Positions 25,650 to 40,425 of a stretch of 64,000 nt of DNA are shown here, piece by piece; the stretch's first letter is position 1, and each line of letters begins with the position of its first letter. This DNA is from Octopus vulgaris (Eukaryota). The stretch is taken from assembly GCA_951406725.2 (NCBI GenBank), contig OX597824.1, positions 85,250,001 through 85,314,000 of the forward strand, read 5' to 3'. Made by a program: the position numbers and the translations under genes. A model generated the notes under the pieces. The model was not told where the DNA came from. It ran no database searches and saw nothing but the letters and a program-made list of their open reading frames with translations.

Positions 25650-26905
25650 GAACTCTGATGTCATATATCTTGCCTTCAGTAAAGCGTTCGACAGGGTTGA
25701 CCATAATATCTTACTCTCAAAATTGGCAAATGTTGGAATCCATGGAAAACTTCTACACTGGATTAAGTATTTCCTGGCGAATAGAACACAATATGTAGTT
25801 GATGGAGTCCACTCAAGCTCAGCAAAATTCACCAGTGGTGTCCCTCAGGGGACTGTCTTGGGTCCGATCCTCTTTATAATTGACATAAACGACTTTTCCA
25901 GCGTCGTAAATCATTGCAAAGTGAAAATATTTACTGATGACACTAAGCTCCAGAAAATCATCAATGAGGAAGAAGACCGAACTCAACTCTAGTCTGATCT
26001 ATATGCTGTGAGTTAATGGGCAGATAAAAACAAAATGCAACTAAACGAGGGAAAATTTGAGATGATGCATTTTGGAAGAAAGTCTTTACTAAAACAGCCA
26101 TACTCTATTCCTTCAGGGGAACCGCTCACATCATCTAATAATATCAGAGACCTAGATGTAATTGTTGATAACAATCTCAGTTGGAGTGCCCACATTAACA
26201 ATAAGGTCGATATAGTTCGTAGGATGAGCTTCTGGATCTTAAGAACCTTCCGGTCCGGAGAACAAGGTGTCATCATTCCACTTTTCTCCTCCTTTGTACA
26301 GCCACACCTCGAATATTGCTTCCCTTTGTGGTCTCCCCATACAAAACAGAACATCTCGAAAATTGAATCACTCCAGAGAGCACTCACTAAACGAATTGAA
26401 GGCATGACTGATCTCGATTACTGGGACCACCTTAAAGCCTTGAAGCTCTACTCTCTCCAGCGCCGCCGCGAGCGGTACATCATTTGTACGATGTGGAGAA
26501 TATACCGCCAGCATTGCCCAAACGACCTGAACATTGGTTTCAAGGTTCATCCAAGGCTGGGACCAACAGGCCATACATCCCCTTTATAATCCAGGATCAC
26601 AACATATAGGTACACTGCGACACAATTTCTTTTCCTCAACAGGCCCTGTCCTGTTTAACATTGTCCCAAAACTGATCAAAGAAGAAAAGGATCCCATCAC
26701 CTTTAAACGGTGTCTGGACAGATTTCTTCAAGGAATACCAGACAAGCCATCCATACCTGGATACAACTCACTCAACAAGAACTCATTCCTTGAATGGACC
26801 ATAAACAAAACTTGACTTAAAAAGGATTTAGATAATCCTATCAGGTAGTGCTATTAAGTTAGACATAGCCTGGACCAATCTTTGGTTGAAACATATCTAA
26901 GTTTT
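25650..26905 (+). pseudogene. CR1/L2-like LINE reverse transcriptase remnant with 3' end
   Basis: YLAFSKAFDRVDH, SGVPQGTVLGP.LF, FTDDT, HLEYC..WSP, LYSLQRRRER; stop at 25990 and a frameshift near 26570. Confidence 0.92.
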
Positions 26906-26974
26906 AATGTAAATAATGTATTAATCCGTCCTTTCACAAGGCACAACGCTAAATCTCTTTCTATTGATCATATT

Positions 26975-27185
26975 GGTTTCAAATTTTGGCACAAAGCAAG
27001 CAATTTTGTGGTAGGGTGAAAGTCGATTACAATATCGACTCCAGTGCTCAACTGGTACTTATTTTATCGGTCCTGAAAGGATGAAAGGCAAAGTCAACCT
27101 ATTTGAACTCAGAACGTAAAGACGGACGAAATGCCGATAAGCATTTTGCCCGGCATGCTAACGATTCTGCCAGTTCGCTGCTTTC
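26975..27185 (-). mobile_element. SINE family B variant
   Basis: Shared core GAAAGGATGAAAGGCAAAGTC. Confidence 0.75.
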
Positions 27186-27484
27186 TTTCTTTGGATAATA
27201 TCATAAACCGAGTAGGTGAAGTTCATACTGACTGATATCGATTATGGGAATCGACTCGCAAATATATGGAAATATCATTAAATTCATAGAATGCCTGTTC
27301 ACGTAAAACTATGAATAAACTATCGCAGTGAAATGAATATTGATTTCTGACTTGTGTAACATGGCCATAAATTTTAGTGGGACTGGGAAAAGACGATTAA
27401 ATCGAGTCTAGTATTTGATTGGGCTTTATTTTAACGATCTCTGAAAGGTGAGAGTTAATGTTGATCACGATGGGATTTGAACTC

Positions 27485-27962
<478 letters not shown>

Positions 27963-28913
27963 ACGAATACACACACGCACACACACATGAGTGTATGAAC
28001 ATGTGCGTATGTGTTATTTGTGTTAGTCCCCAGAACATCACTTGACTACCGGTATTGGTTTGTTTTCGTCCCCCAGAATAAGTACCAGAATGGAAAATAT
28101 AAGTACTGGGAAGGATCTATCCAACTGAACACCTCAAGCTGGTGCCTCTGTATGACTGCAGAACAATTAAAAGACAAAAGATGTATGTATGTATGTATGT
28201 ATTTGTACCTTAAATAAAGTCGATTAATTAATCGAAGTTCGTCCTGTAGAAAAGTCTTGAGGACATTACAATGAAGTGTTCAGATGAACCTAAATCAAAC
28301 AAACAGAAAATTCAAGAGATACGAACTGTTGTCTATATGCGATATTATCAACAATAGCTTTGTCGGAATAGGTTGCTTATATAAGGGAAATGTCTTGTAT
28401 GGACATCCACCATAATAAAACGTGAAAGTTGTATAACTTCCTTACAATGTTCAGATAACGGAACAACCGCGCAGATGTGCATTAAAATGTTTAAAAACAT
28501 CAGAAGCTATTTATTTATCCAGCATGTAGCTAAACGGGTGGCAACTGAAATAATCTACACAGCAAGTTTCCATTTACTGGGCTACAGGAAATTCTCTGTA
28601 CATTCATGTTTATATAGCAGGTTAGTTAAAATAATTAGGCGTAGACGGGAAATACCTTAGAATACCTGACCATATTCTACACTTGTTTCGTTCTTAGTGT
28701 TTTGTTAGACCATGTTTTCTATGTCTTCCAACAAAGGAAGGCTTATTATTATTATGTTGTTGTTGTTGTTGCTATTATCGTCATCATCATCATCGGCATC
28801 GTCATCGTCATCAGTTAAGTAAAACTATTAAAAGAATATTTCTGAAATTAGATTACCAAAATCATTTCGGAAAATAGTTGTTTAACAAATATTTTTTGTG
28901 TGTGTGTGTGTGT

Positions 28914-28947
<34 letters not shown>

Positions 28948-29231
28948 GTGTGTATCCATACACACACACACATCGTTGCTATTATGTTAAACTGTCTTAT
29001 GTCCAAATTTGGCCAAATGCATTTTTTACCAATATTTATTTTTTGCTTGCAGTAGCCGGTTCTTTTGGTCAAACTATCGTACCGCCAGCTGATTCAAATG
29101 TCAAGATATAAAAAATTGTCAAAGTGAAGTACAGCGGTTTTGCTATGGAATGATGAAGCTATCTTTTTGTTTTCTGAAAAAAAAAAAGCAAACGTTTCGG
29201 ACTTACGACACTTTTGCATAGTATATATATA

Positions 29232-29375
29232 TGGCTGTGTGGTAAGAAGCTTGATTCCCAACCACATGGTTCCGGGTTCCGTGGCAACTTGGGCAAGGAT
29301 CTTCTACAATAGCCTCGGGCCGACCAAAGCCTTGTGAGTGGATTTGGTAGACGGAAACTGAAAGCAGCCCGTCGT

Positions 29376-29413
<38 letters not shown>

Positions 29414-29615
29414 TATATATGTTTGTGTGTCTGTGTTTGTCCCCACCATCTTTTGACAATCAATGTTGGTGTGTTTACGTCCACGTAACCTAGCGGTTCG
29501 GCAAAAGAGACCGATAGAATAAGTACTAAGCTTACAAAGAATAAGTCCTGGGGTCGATTTGTTCGACTAAAAGCGGTGCTCCAGCATGGCCGCAGTCAAA
29601 TGACTGAAACGAATA
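29232..29615 (+). mobile_element. SINE family A
   Basis: Head and tail match the 9786 copy. Confidence 0.85.
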
Positions 29616-29691
29616 AAAAAAAAGAACATATATGTATGAATGTATGTATGTACGTATGTGTGCGTGCGCACACACACACATATATATTTAA

Positions 29692-29785
<94 letters not shown>

Positions 29786-30509
29786 ATGTATCTGTGTTCA
29801 AGTTTGATATGTGGTATTGCTACTCTACGTTGCATCTGGATGATGTATGGATACGAAAAGTATCAGCAAAGGCGTTCCAGATGTGACCCTTCTGCATTTA
29901 TATACATCGAAGCAATATAATCTGATACAACCCATTAAAGATTTTGACTGAACCTGAACCCGCGAAGTTCCAAAGAGAGCTTCTTAACTACACAGTTTTA
30001 AACTCTAATTCCGGAATAACCTTCTGTTCGGAAATTCAAGCTATTATGTAAAATGATTAATACAGAATCCTGATATGATAATGCGGTGATTTCTGCATAA
30101 TCCTGTTTGCTCGAGAAATATCTTATCATGTAACTTCTTACTCAATCCGAAATGTCTTTTCTTTTTTGAAAACCTTTTAAGTGTTTACTGACAGATAAAG
30201 AAAACATGCATTTAGTGTTTGGTTTTGGCTCTTGGAATTTATCAGGTAATTTAAGTAACGCAGGTAACGTTTGCAATACAGAGACATTAACTCCGTAAAT
30301 ACAAGCAGTTGCTAAAAATCTTTTAAAGTATAATGTATCTCTCAACTGGTGATCATCTTTACTGAATTCAATGGCCAGGCGAATATCAATTTTTTAAATA
30401 ATTTGGTCTTGAGGAACAGATTGCTCTCCTGGGCTTCGAAGGCCCTCAAGACTAAACAGATTGATGTGATTGGTGATCTTGAACACCTGCAAGATTGCAA
30501 GAAAGCAAT

Positions 30510-30740
30510 CTGGCGATCTGGCAGAAACGTTGGCACACCGGAAGAAATGCTTAGCGGTATTTCGTTTACCGCTACGTTCTGAGTTCAAATACCGCCGAGG
30601 TCGACTTTGCCTTTCATCCTTTCAGGGTCGATTAAAAAAGGACCAGTTACTCACTGGGGTAGATGTAATCGACTTAATCCGTTTGTCTGTCCTTGTTTTT
30701 CCCTTTCAATGTTTAACCCCTTGTGGGCAATAAAGAAATA
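30510..30740 (+). mobile_element. SINE family B
   Basis: CTGGCAGAAACGTT..GAGTTCAAAT..CCCCTTGTGGGCAATAAAGAAAT. Confidence 0.85.
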
Positions 30741-32710
30741 AGATTGCAGGAAGGCATCTAGATTCGAGAAGCAGAGGCCACTGAAGTCGCTGTAAAAGAG
30801 GAGGAGATAACACGTTCATTAGAGAATGGCTGGTGAGCGATTTGGTACCAGTGTACAAAATGTGGAAGCAATTATGCGTACTAACTCTGCACAAAATCGA
30901 GCGTCGTGTAGGGTCAATGTAAGCTGCTCTCCACGGGTGATTGATAAATAAGTGAAATATCTACGAGAGAGTTTCGAAATATGGTTCTTCTATTATATGC
31001 AACCATCCTTTGCAGTTCGATCAGTTTATAAAGGCATCTATTAACAGTGTTTGTATTCTCATTTGACTAAATGCCTCCTCTCTCAAGATTTTACTGTGTA
31101 ACTCTTAAATTTTCGTTTTTGGATTTGGTGTGCAAGATACTTTATGCGAGTTCATGTGTTGAAGCATATTCTGTTGTGTCTGGGGAGAGTCATTTTCTTT
31201 TTGTTCCTTATAATTTAACACACTCACCGGTAAAATTTCCACTTATTTCTTATTTTTATTTTCCTAAAATTTTCGTTGCGTCGTGCAACCTTTCAATAGG
31301 CTTGACTCTCTTAAATTTTCCATATAGCATCTGGTGATTAAACCCCGATTCAGGGCAAAAAGAAAAGACTCAGCTTCTGCGCTGTTTGTCTAGAACCTTT
31401 ATTTGAAAATTAGTTTGTCAGTGCCCGTAACTTTTGAAAAAACTCTTCCACAGTGTTGTCACTGAAGCAGCCGATGCTCTGAATCTGATATCAGCAGGAA
31501 AAATATGGGTGGACAGGGAGCCAGTGCAAGTTTGATCAGAATGCTTGCAACAAAATAAACTCTGTTACAGACACACAAGGACCAAAGTGTGGTGCTACGC
31601 CAGGTGACGTATTCGAACTACCATACAAGTCAGAACGTTCATATTCATTTGCATTGAAGATGATACTGCATTACATCCTTGGTTTGGAAATGACAACAAT
31701 GCTGTTCTCCAACCTTATGAGATATCCCTCAGATATCCCGTATGAGATATCCCTCAGATTTGAGTCAGTTTAAGCTGTTCTGCAGATTTAACCGTCATAT
31801 TCAGATATCAGATATATTTTGTATTAGTCTGGGAAAATCTTGATTTAGCATTCTCATCTACGTATTTCTATCATAGTTCATTTCTGCTCTTTGTTTCAGA
31901 GTAGTTTTCTCTGCATTAAATTCCTTTATATTTCAGCCTCAGTATTACATCTACTTGATGGTTTATCTATTGAAAACAGTTCTTTGTTCTAAGCCCGATT
32001 AGCTTATAAAATATACTCTTTATGTTTCTCCGAGTTCCATAAATAATGATTCTGTACAGTATAATAGGTTTCTATTTGAATGCGAACCTCTCCACCCGAG
32101 AATGTCTGGAATTTTTCTTCTGATGTTATCAAGTTTTTGGGTGCTAAATCCTGAATATCGTCGTCATCATCTTCCTTATATTTCCATAGAAATTATTCAG
32201 CTCATTTAGTTTAATTTCCAACTCATTACATTAAAACTGCAGTTAATTACTGTGACAGACACTGTCTGTGTTAGTCACTTAGATTTGTTTTGACCTTGAG
32301 TTTTAATGTATAAAAGCAGTAAACATCGTATTTGATTGTTTAATTAAAATCTGATCTAATTTTGCTTCGAATTGTTTGCGTGTATTGTAAATTGCGCACG
32401 TTCCCATAGACGTAAACGTGCATGTGTGCGAGCGTGTTTATACTTGTAATGATATTCTGTTGCGGTCTACGTATGAAGCGTTTTAACTTTGAATCGAAAT
32501 TGAAAATATAATCTATGACATGGACAACATTTATATTATTTGTCAGACAACTGAGTGATATACATATGAGGAAATGACATCAAAGATATAATCTATTACA
32601 GACTCGATTTTTATATTATAACTTATATTATTGTTATATCTATTTGATGCTGGATTATTATAACGCCCACTTCGGTATACAGTATACTTAGTAAAACCAG
32701 TAAAGACACT

Positions 32711-33300
32711 ACCTATTTCTTTACTACCCACAAGGGGCTAAACACAGAGAGGACAAAGAAGGACAGACAAACGGATTAAGTCGATTAAATCGACCCCAGT
32801 GCGTAACTGGTACTTATTTAATCAACCCCGAAAGGATGAAAGGCAAAGTCGACCTCGGCGGAATTTGAACTCAGAACTATCATCATCATCATCATCACCA
32901 TCATCACCACCGTTTTATCCTTCTTTACGTTCTGTGTTCAAATTCCCTTAAGGTCGACTTCGCCTTTCAACCTTCCGAGGTTGATAAAATAAGTACCAGT
33001 TGAACACTGGGGTCGATGCAATCGGCTTCCCCGCCACCACAAATATTTGGCCTTGTGCCAAAATTTGAAAAGAAATATATTTCTAGTTCAGGTGGGGAGC
33101 TGGCAGAATCGTTAGGACGCCGGTTAAAATGCTGATCGGCATTTCGTCCGCCTTAATGTTCTGAGTTCAAATTCCGCCGAGGTCGACTTTACCTTTCATC
33201 GTTTCGAGGTCGATAAATTAAGTACCTGTTGCGTACCGGGGTCGATCTAATCGACTGGCCCCCCACCCCTAAAATTTCGGGCCATGTGCCTAGAGTAGAA
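32711..33300. mobile_element. Cluster of SINE family B copies (32711-32877 minus; 32925-33070 plus; 33090-33300 plus)
   Basis: Shared GTCGAC..CCTTTCA core. Confidence 0.8.
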
Positions 33301-33434
33301 AACAATAAAATATAAGAACCAGTTGAGCAGTCGCGATCAATGTAAACGACTTATCCTTATCCAGAAACTGCTGGGTTTATGCCAACAATTGAAAACCAAT
33401 ATTATATTTCCAGTTCTAGGTTAATGCTTAGTTT

Positions 33435-33819
33435 GTGGAGGCGCAATGGCCCAGTGGTTAGGGCAGCGGACTCGCGGTCATAGGATCGCGGTTTCGATTC
33501 CCAGACCGGGCGTTGTGAGTGTTTATTGAGCGAAAACACCTAAAGCTCCACGAGGCTCCAGCAGGGGATGGTGGTGATCCCTGCTGTACTCTTTCACCAC
33601 AACTCTCTCTCACTCTTACTTCCTGCTTCTGTTGTACCTGTATTTCAAAGGGCCGGCCTTGTCACTCTCTGTGTCACGCTGAATATCCCCGAGAACTACG
33701 TTAAGGGTACACGTGTCTGTGGAGTGCTCAGCCACTTACACGTTAATTTCACGAGCAGGCTGTTCCGTTGATTCGGATCAACCGGAACCCTCATCGTCGT
33801 AACCGACGGAGTGCTTCCA
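33435..33819 (+). mobile_element. SINE family C, tail variant 2
   Basis: tRNA-like head; 13-bp TSD TAATGCTTAGTTT (33422-33434, 33820-33832). Confidence 0.9.
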
Positions 33820-34801
33820 TAATGCTTAGTTTACTCCTTCGGTTTCTTTCGATGCAGTCTTGGCACATTTTTCATCTCCCTTCTTTTCACTTAAAATTTT
33901 AGTTAATCCTTGCACAACCTGCTTCAGATTATTTAGTTTGATTCCTTTCTTGTATGATTAATTTTCATTAGTTTTAGTCACGCACATAGAAAAGTAATCA
34001 AATGAATATATATATCAACTGTAGTTGCTTAACAGCTTTAGTTATATCCATTTATTCATTATGTATTGTAATTAACACTGTCACCTCAGCGAAGATTAGA
34101 TCTTTGTTTTCTTGGCACTGATATCTCTTAATTTCCAACACTCATTGCCTATAGTTTTGAAAGAAAAACAATGCATTAACACGTTATTTTTTCCTACCGA
34201 AGTATGAAGGCGAAATTGCAAATTAGTGTTGTCAGCAGTTACAATCAGCTAACGACACAAAACTCTTCAGTGTCGTTCGACCTACTAGAAATAGCAGTGG
34301 AGCATGCGTCGAATCGCATCCTACTGCTACGAATAAAGAACGAAGATATGAGCCAATGGAGTTCTGTATATCTGTGAAAGAACAAGAAAACACACGACTG
34401 GAGTGACTTTAAGTATATGTCTGCTCAATCGAGGCTGACCTGGGTGTGAAGAAGAAGAAGAGGAGGAGGAGGAGGAAGAGGAGGAGAAAGTAGAGGAGGC
34501 AGAAGAGGAGGAACAAGAAGAGGAGGAGGAAGAAGAGGAGAAAGTAAAGGAGGAAGAAGAGGAGAAAGAAGAGGAGGAGGAAGAGGAGGAAGAAGAAGAG
34601 GAGGTAGAGGAGGAGGAGGTATGCTGCGTTAGTGAGGATTTTGCTATTGCATCTACGGAGTTACAGGTTCGATTCATTGTGTGGTACCTTGCGCAAATGC
34701 ATTCTACCATAGTTAACAATAGACTAATGCTTTCCGAGTAGAATTTGCAAGACAGATAGAAACCGTGCGGAAGAGCGCCGCGAATATATGTATATACATA
34801 T

Positions 34802-34849
<48 letters not shown>

Positions 34850-35116
34850 GTTATAGCTTCTTACAACGAAAACGAGTACAATCTTTGGATGTGACCTGCT
34901 AACTCCGAACAACGGTCACAACATTCATCACAAGATAGATAAAAAATAGCTTATATAATCATGAACATTGTTGAGTGAGCTCAATATTTAAGACAAATCT
35001 GTCAATCTAGGTGAATGTGATGCACTTACCTAGCACACCGGAAATATATATGCCTGATATTGTCTATTGTTTATATGCTACATTTTTTTTATTATTCTGG
35101 TTCTAAGTCGTTAACA

Positions 35117-35410
35117 GTGGAGGCGCAGTGGCCCAGTGGTTAGGATAGCGGACTCGTGGTCGGAGGATTGCAGTTTCGATTCCCAGACCGGGCGTTGTGT
35201 GTGTTTATTGAGCGAAAACGCCTAAAGCTCCGTGAGGCTCCGACCGGGGGTGGTGGCGACCCCTGTTGTACTCTTTCGCCCCAACTTTCTCTCACTCTTT
35301 CTTCATGTTTCTTGAGTAACGCTGCGACGGACTGGCATCCATACGCCATAGAAACCGGGAAACCGGGCCCATGAGCCTGGCTAGGCTTGAAAAGGGCGCA
35401 TAAATAAATT
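35117..35410 (+). mobile_element. SINE family C, tail variant 3
   Basis: 11-bp TSD AGTCGTTAACA (35106-35116, 35411-35421). Confidence 0.9.
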
Positions 35411-36492
35411 AGTCGTTAACACACTTTCCAGAAGCGTTTAGTCTTCACTTTCGAGTTTATTTTCTTACTATAGCAGACGTCTTAATTTATCTTTTTCACC
35501 AACGTAACTATTTTTGTAGAAATTTTTTTACTTTTATTATTACGAGTTCTAGATCTCTTACAATTTTTAGATCTCTTAGATATTTCATTGAGTTTCAAAA
35601 AGATTCCATATTCAATGAAGTTTCTAATATGTTAAGGTTTACTTCAACGTTTTTCACAAATTATTCTCTGAATTCTTCTTAATATTATAATTCCAATATA
35701 ATCTTTTTTGCTTCTTTTCGCTTTAAAAACGTCTTATTTGTCTTTTCTTTTCAATTTGATAAATGCCTTCCTTATAGATTCTACAATAATTTTAAAGTTT
35801 AGGAATTAAGATAGGATTCATGCACGAATACTATTTTCAAATTAGTGTAGACATTTATGGAGAAGACATACTGAAAAAAAAAAAAAAACCTATGTTGTAA
35901 ATAGATATCCTTTTAATGATCTTATCATTGAATATATTTCTTTAACAAGCAAGAGCTATTTCTTATCTATCTATTTATTTACGTATTTAAGTGAAGACGG
36001 TTGGACTGGTGGTTAAGAGTGTTCTCAGTTCCTAATCCGAGTAGCGTGCCGTGTTCGTAAGCAAGGCATTTTATTTCTCGTTTTACTATACTAGCCAGCT
36101 GTAATAAGAAGTAGCCTAGAGTCAGAGCTATCCTTTTCTTTACTGCCCACAAGGGGCTAAACACAGAGAGGATAAACAAGGACAGACAAACGAGTTAAGT
36201 CGATTACATCGACCCCAGTGCGTAACTGGTACTAACGGTTCTGCCAGCTTGCCGCCTTCCTCTCTCTTCAGCTGTCATATGTGCTGCTGGGTCATGTTTA
36301 AGAGGGCCTCTATGTCTGTTTGTGACTAGATAGGCACCTAAGACAATTAGCAAAATTATAGCATATGTTACCTAGCCATAATCATTCGCGAGCGACGGCT
36401 GACTGTATATTTTATGTATTCATATAAGTATTATGTCAGTCCACAGAATTATAGGCCATAAACTGATCCTATTCGTTTCTGGCTCTATTATA

Positions 36493-38028
36493 CGAGGGGA
36501 AGTCAAAATTTAAACGCATTCTTGTTTCTGTAATTTATTAAAACAAAACAGAGGCGGAACAGTCACATCATTTATCGACATAATCTCCTTGCTTTTCGAT
36601 GCACTTCTTCCAGCGGTTCATAAGCTTATGACAATAGACCTCAGCGTTTCATACGAATTGCTGGATTCAGTTTGTTGGCCAGCATTTCATTGTAGCCTAC
36701 ACCGGTGACTGTAGACCCCTTTTCCGAGTAATGTATAGGACCTTTTTGCATCTCTATCTCTCAAAAGGTTAGCATCACTTTTTCTGCGGAAGGTTGAGTC
36801 ACGAATTTCTATTTCGCTGGCGATTCCGGATGTTTCCACTCCATACTCTGTCTTTTGGATTCTGGCTCAAAGTGATGGATCCATGTCTCATCTCTTGTGA
36901 CTATTCTCTCCAAAAAAGCTTAGCCTTCATCGTTGTAGTGGTCAAGTGAGCGTTGACAAATCTCCACGCAATTGCGCTATGCGCTTCGGTAAGCTCTCTT
37001 AACACTTATCTGGCACGGATTTTACGGAAGCGAAGTTTGTCGTGGACAAACCGTGACTAATTTGCAGAAAACATGCCACCTCATCGATGGTCACTTGTCA
37101 GTTCACCAGAACCGACTTTTGAGTTTATTGAATTTTCACGCCAGAGGTGGAGGTTGATGGACGCCCTGTTCCCTCTTCGTGCTTCACGTTCTCCAGCCAG
37201 TTTTAAATTTCTCGATCTACTCGCACACATTTCTACGCGATTGAGCGCTGTCCCCGTATTGTACTGAAAGCATGTGATTGAAATTCTGCCCCTGACACAC
37301 GTTCAGCCCAGAGAAATCGGATCACTGATCTCTGTTCTTCCTTGGTGCACACCGCCAGAAGAGAGGCCATGTTTACTCTGTAACACAAGAAAGAAAACTG
37401 GAGCGATCAAGGTTAAACCTCAATTACAGAACCATAAGAGTGCAGTGATCCCTCGTTTATTGCGGTAGATTGGTTTCGAGACCGGCCGTGATAACTGAAT
37501 TTCCATGAAGTAGGGACACCATATTTACAGTATTTATTTAATGTGTATTTGGACTTTTAAAACCCTCCCTGTACTGTTAACAACCCACCCATTACAGTAG
37601 TCTATTAATAACAAGGACAACTGTTAAGTAATAACACTTTAGATTAAAAAAAATAAAGATTGTTACTGTTACACAGGCCAAATTACAAAATAGAAAGCTG
37701 AGATTCGTCGTCTCTCTCCATTGCACCAATCACAGCCCGTCTTAAGTTCAAATACCCCTGTATATGCTTTTTTGCTATTTTACGCTTGTTTTGTTGTTCC
37801 CAGACTAGGAAATAATATTTATTATTATTATTTTAATGGATTTAATGAAGAATTTTAGACTTTCATATATATATTTTAAAAATCCGCGAAGTCGTGAATC
37901 CGCGACAGTTGAACCGCGAAGGTAGCGAGGGATCACTGTACACCTTTTAGCATGCGAACGCTGAAAGCGGTGTGGCTAACCTAAGGAAAGTTTTGCTGAA
38001 AGTGCAGAAAGTTTTTGACTTCAACTAG
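36493..38028 (-). mobile_element. Degenerate mariner element with TA-flanked imperfect TIRs
   Basis: TA|CGAGGGGAAGTCAAAA..TTTTGACTTCAACTAG|TA; minus-strand RIVTRDETWIHHFEPESKRQSMEWKH and KLMNRWKKCI. Confidence 0.85.
37443..37938. mobile_element. Tc1/pogo-type MITE nested in the mariner
   Basis: TIRs CAGTGATCCCTCG / CGAGGGATCACTG followed by TA. Confidence 0.8.
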
Positions 38029-38494
38029 TATATACTATAAAGCATAACGTACACTTCTTTAAAAACCAGCTTCTTTAAAAAGTCCAGTGTTAAGCACTGA
38101 AAGAGCGTCTAATATTTATATTCATTAACATTCTGTATTTTTTTGAAGTTTGCCTAAGATTCCTGATAATTTTCTCGCAAAATAAATAATGTCTTCACAC
38201 CAGTTATTCCATACATGTGATATTTGGAATAATGGATACGTTTCTTTTCTTAATATAAATAATAATTTCATTTCTGCAACACCTGTGTCTGAGATATTGT
38301 AGTCACTTGGCATTTCACTGAATTAATCACCTTTACACTCGTACCGTCTTTGTTATCAAATATAATACAAGAATATTGCTATATTTATATGCGGATGACT
38401 GGTTACTTTGGCTTTCTTCTGGAAGTTGCAAAGGTTTAAATAAATGGCATAATGCTCATTTGCAGATATAAAATATCTTGAAGTAGAGACACTA

Positions 38495-38945
38495 GCCTGG
38501 CAGTGTGGTAAGAAGTTTGCTTCCCAACCACTTGGTTCCAGGTTCAATCCCACCGCGTGGTACCTTGCGCAAATGTCTTCTACTATAGCCTCCTTGTGAA
38601 TGGATTTAGACGGAAATTGAAAGAAGCTCGGCGTGTATATGTGTGTGTGTTTGTACATGCGCGTGCATGTGTGTATGTATGCGTGTGCGTGTGGTGTGTC
38701 TTTGTGTCTGTGTTTGTCCCCCACCACCGCTTGACAAACAGTGTTGGTTTGTTTACGTCTCCGTATCTCTGCGAACCGGCAAGAGGGAGAGAGAGAGAGA
38801 GAGAGAGCGATAGTATAAGTACCAAGCTTTAAAAAAGTTATGTACTGGGGTTGATTTATGCAACTAAAAGATTCTTCAAGGCAGTGCTCCAGCGTGGCCG
38901 AAGTCTAACGACTGAAACAAGTAAAAGCTAAAAGCTAAAAGAGAA
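38495..38945 (+). mobile_element. Diverged SINE family A
   Basis: Head and tail similarity to the 9786 copy. Confidence 0.75.
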
Positions 38946-39340
38946 AAGATGCATTGTGAGTTCAAATGTCATCGCAGCAGACTTAGCTCTCAGGTCCGAT
39001 AAACATTAATTTCCAGTGAAACAGAAAACTGGGGGGGGGGGGGGCTGATTTAAAAAGCAGCGGCCCCACTCCCTTATTCCTGTGCCAAGAGTGAGAAACG
39101 ATTTCAGAATAATACTTCTAGAGATTATAGTATACAGCTTTTGTCTCTCTGCATGTTATTTCTGAATTTAAGACCCTCAATCTGTATGTGTATCGTTTAC
39201 AAAAATCCTCAACTATACAACTTTACGGGCCCGTGGGCCGAATGTAAGAAGTCATAATTATTATTGTTACAAGCAGAATACCACCACCACCACCACTACC
39301 ACCACCACCATCATTACTACAGCTTCTGTTCCTGCTGCTG

Positions 39341-39375
<35 letters not shown>

Positions 39376-39591
39376 GTTATCGTTCTCATTGGCATAATGT
39401 TATTGTAAGAAGAACATGATACGGTATTCATGGCCATTTGATAACTTGTCTCTGCTTGCTGGAACTGTTTCACTAAACCTTTAGAATCCCGCGAAGAGAA
39501 AAGGGAAGCAAACAAGTGGAGTATGGCGGAAGAACTGCGCGCGTGTGTGTATGTGTGTGTGTGTGTGTGTGTGTGGTCGTGCTTGTATAGG

Positions 39592-39648
<57 letters not shown>

Positions 39649-39845
39649 TGTGTGTGAGAGAGAGAGAGAGAATAACAGGAGCACACACGAGAGCAACGAC
39701 CGAGAATTAGAAAAGAGGGAACAGATGGGTTACCAAAGAAATTAAAGGAAAGTAAGATTGAGAGAGTGACAGGAACAGAGGGGAGGAGTGAGAAAGAGAA
39801 AGAGAGAGAGAGAAAGAGAGAGAGACATATTTATATATCTATACA

Positions 39846-39922
<77 letters not shown>

Positions 39923-40325
39923 GGCTTACTAAGGTGGAAAAACAGTTATATGAAATCCTAGGCGACTAAAGCGGTTTATGAGAAAGAAACAAGATAAATA
40001 GTGGGGAAAATAATAATAATAATAATAATGAAAAAAAAGGAACGAAAATAATAGAAAGGGAAAAGGAAAGAAACAATAACAAAAAGGAAAGAAACTCCAA
40101 AATACATAAATAAATAAAAGCCGAAGAAAAGATGCAGAAGATGACAGACTGATGGAAGCAATGAAAAACAAAGGATGAAAGTTGACTGCAAGTTTATTTG
40201 TATATACACTCACTCAGATAAAAATGTATGTCTGTATGTACCTATAACCCTTTTTGCGAGTCTGTCAGTCTTTGTTTCTGTAAACGTACACACATTACAT
40301 ACATACGCAAATACATATTACATAG

Positions 40326-40425
<100 letters not shown>

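Noticed and set aside
26860-26905. Hammerhead at the LINE 3' end (..GAAACATATC)
   Set aside because: No CUGANGA strand; better explained as the LINE 3' stem-loop
33435-33512. tRNA gene
   Set aside because: tRNA-like SINE head with body, tail and TSD; no proper acceptor stem
39285-39408. Thr-rich segment ending VIVLIGIMLL* (GPI-signal-like)
   Set aside because: Mostly trinucleotide repeat, weak acceptor and no supporting exons
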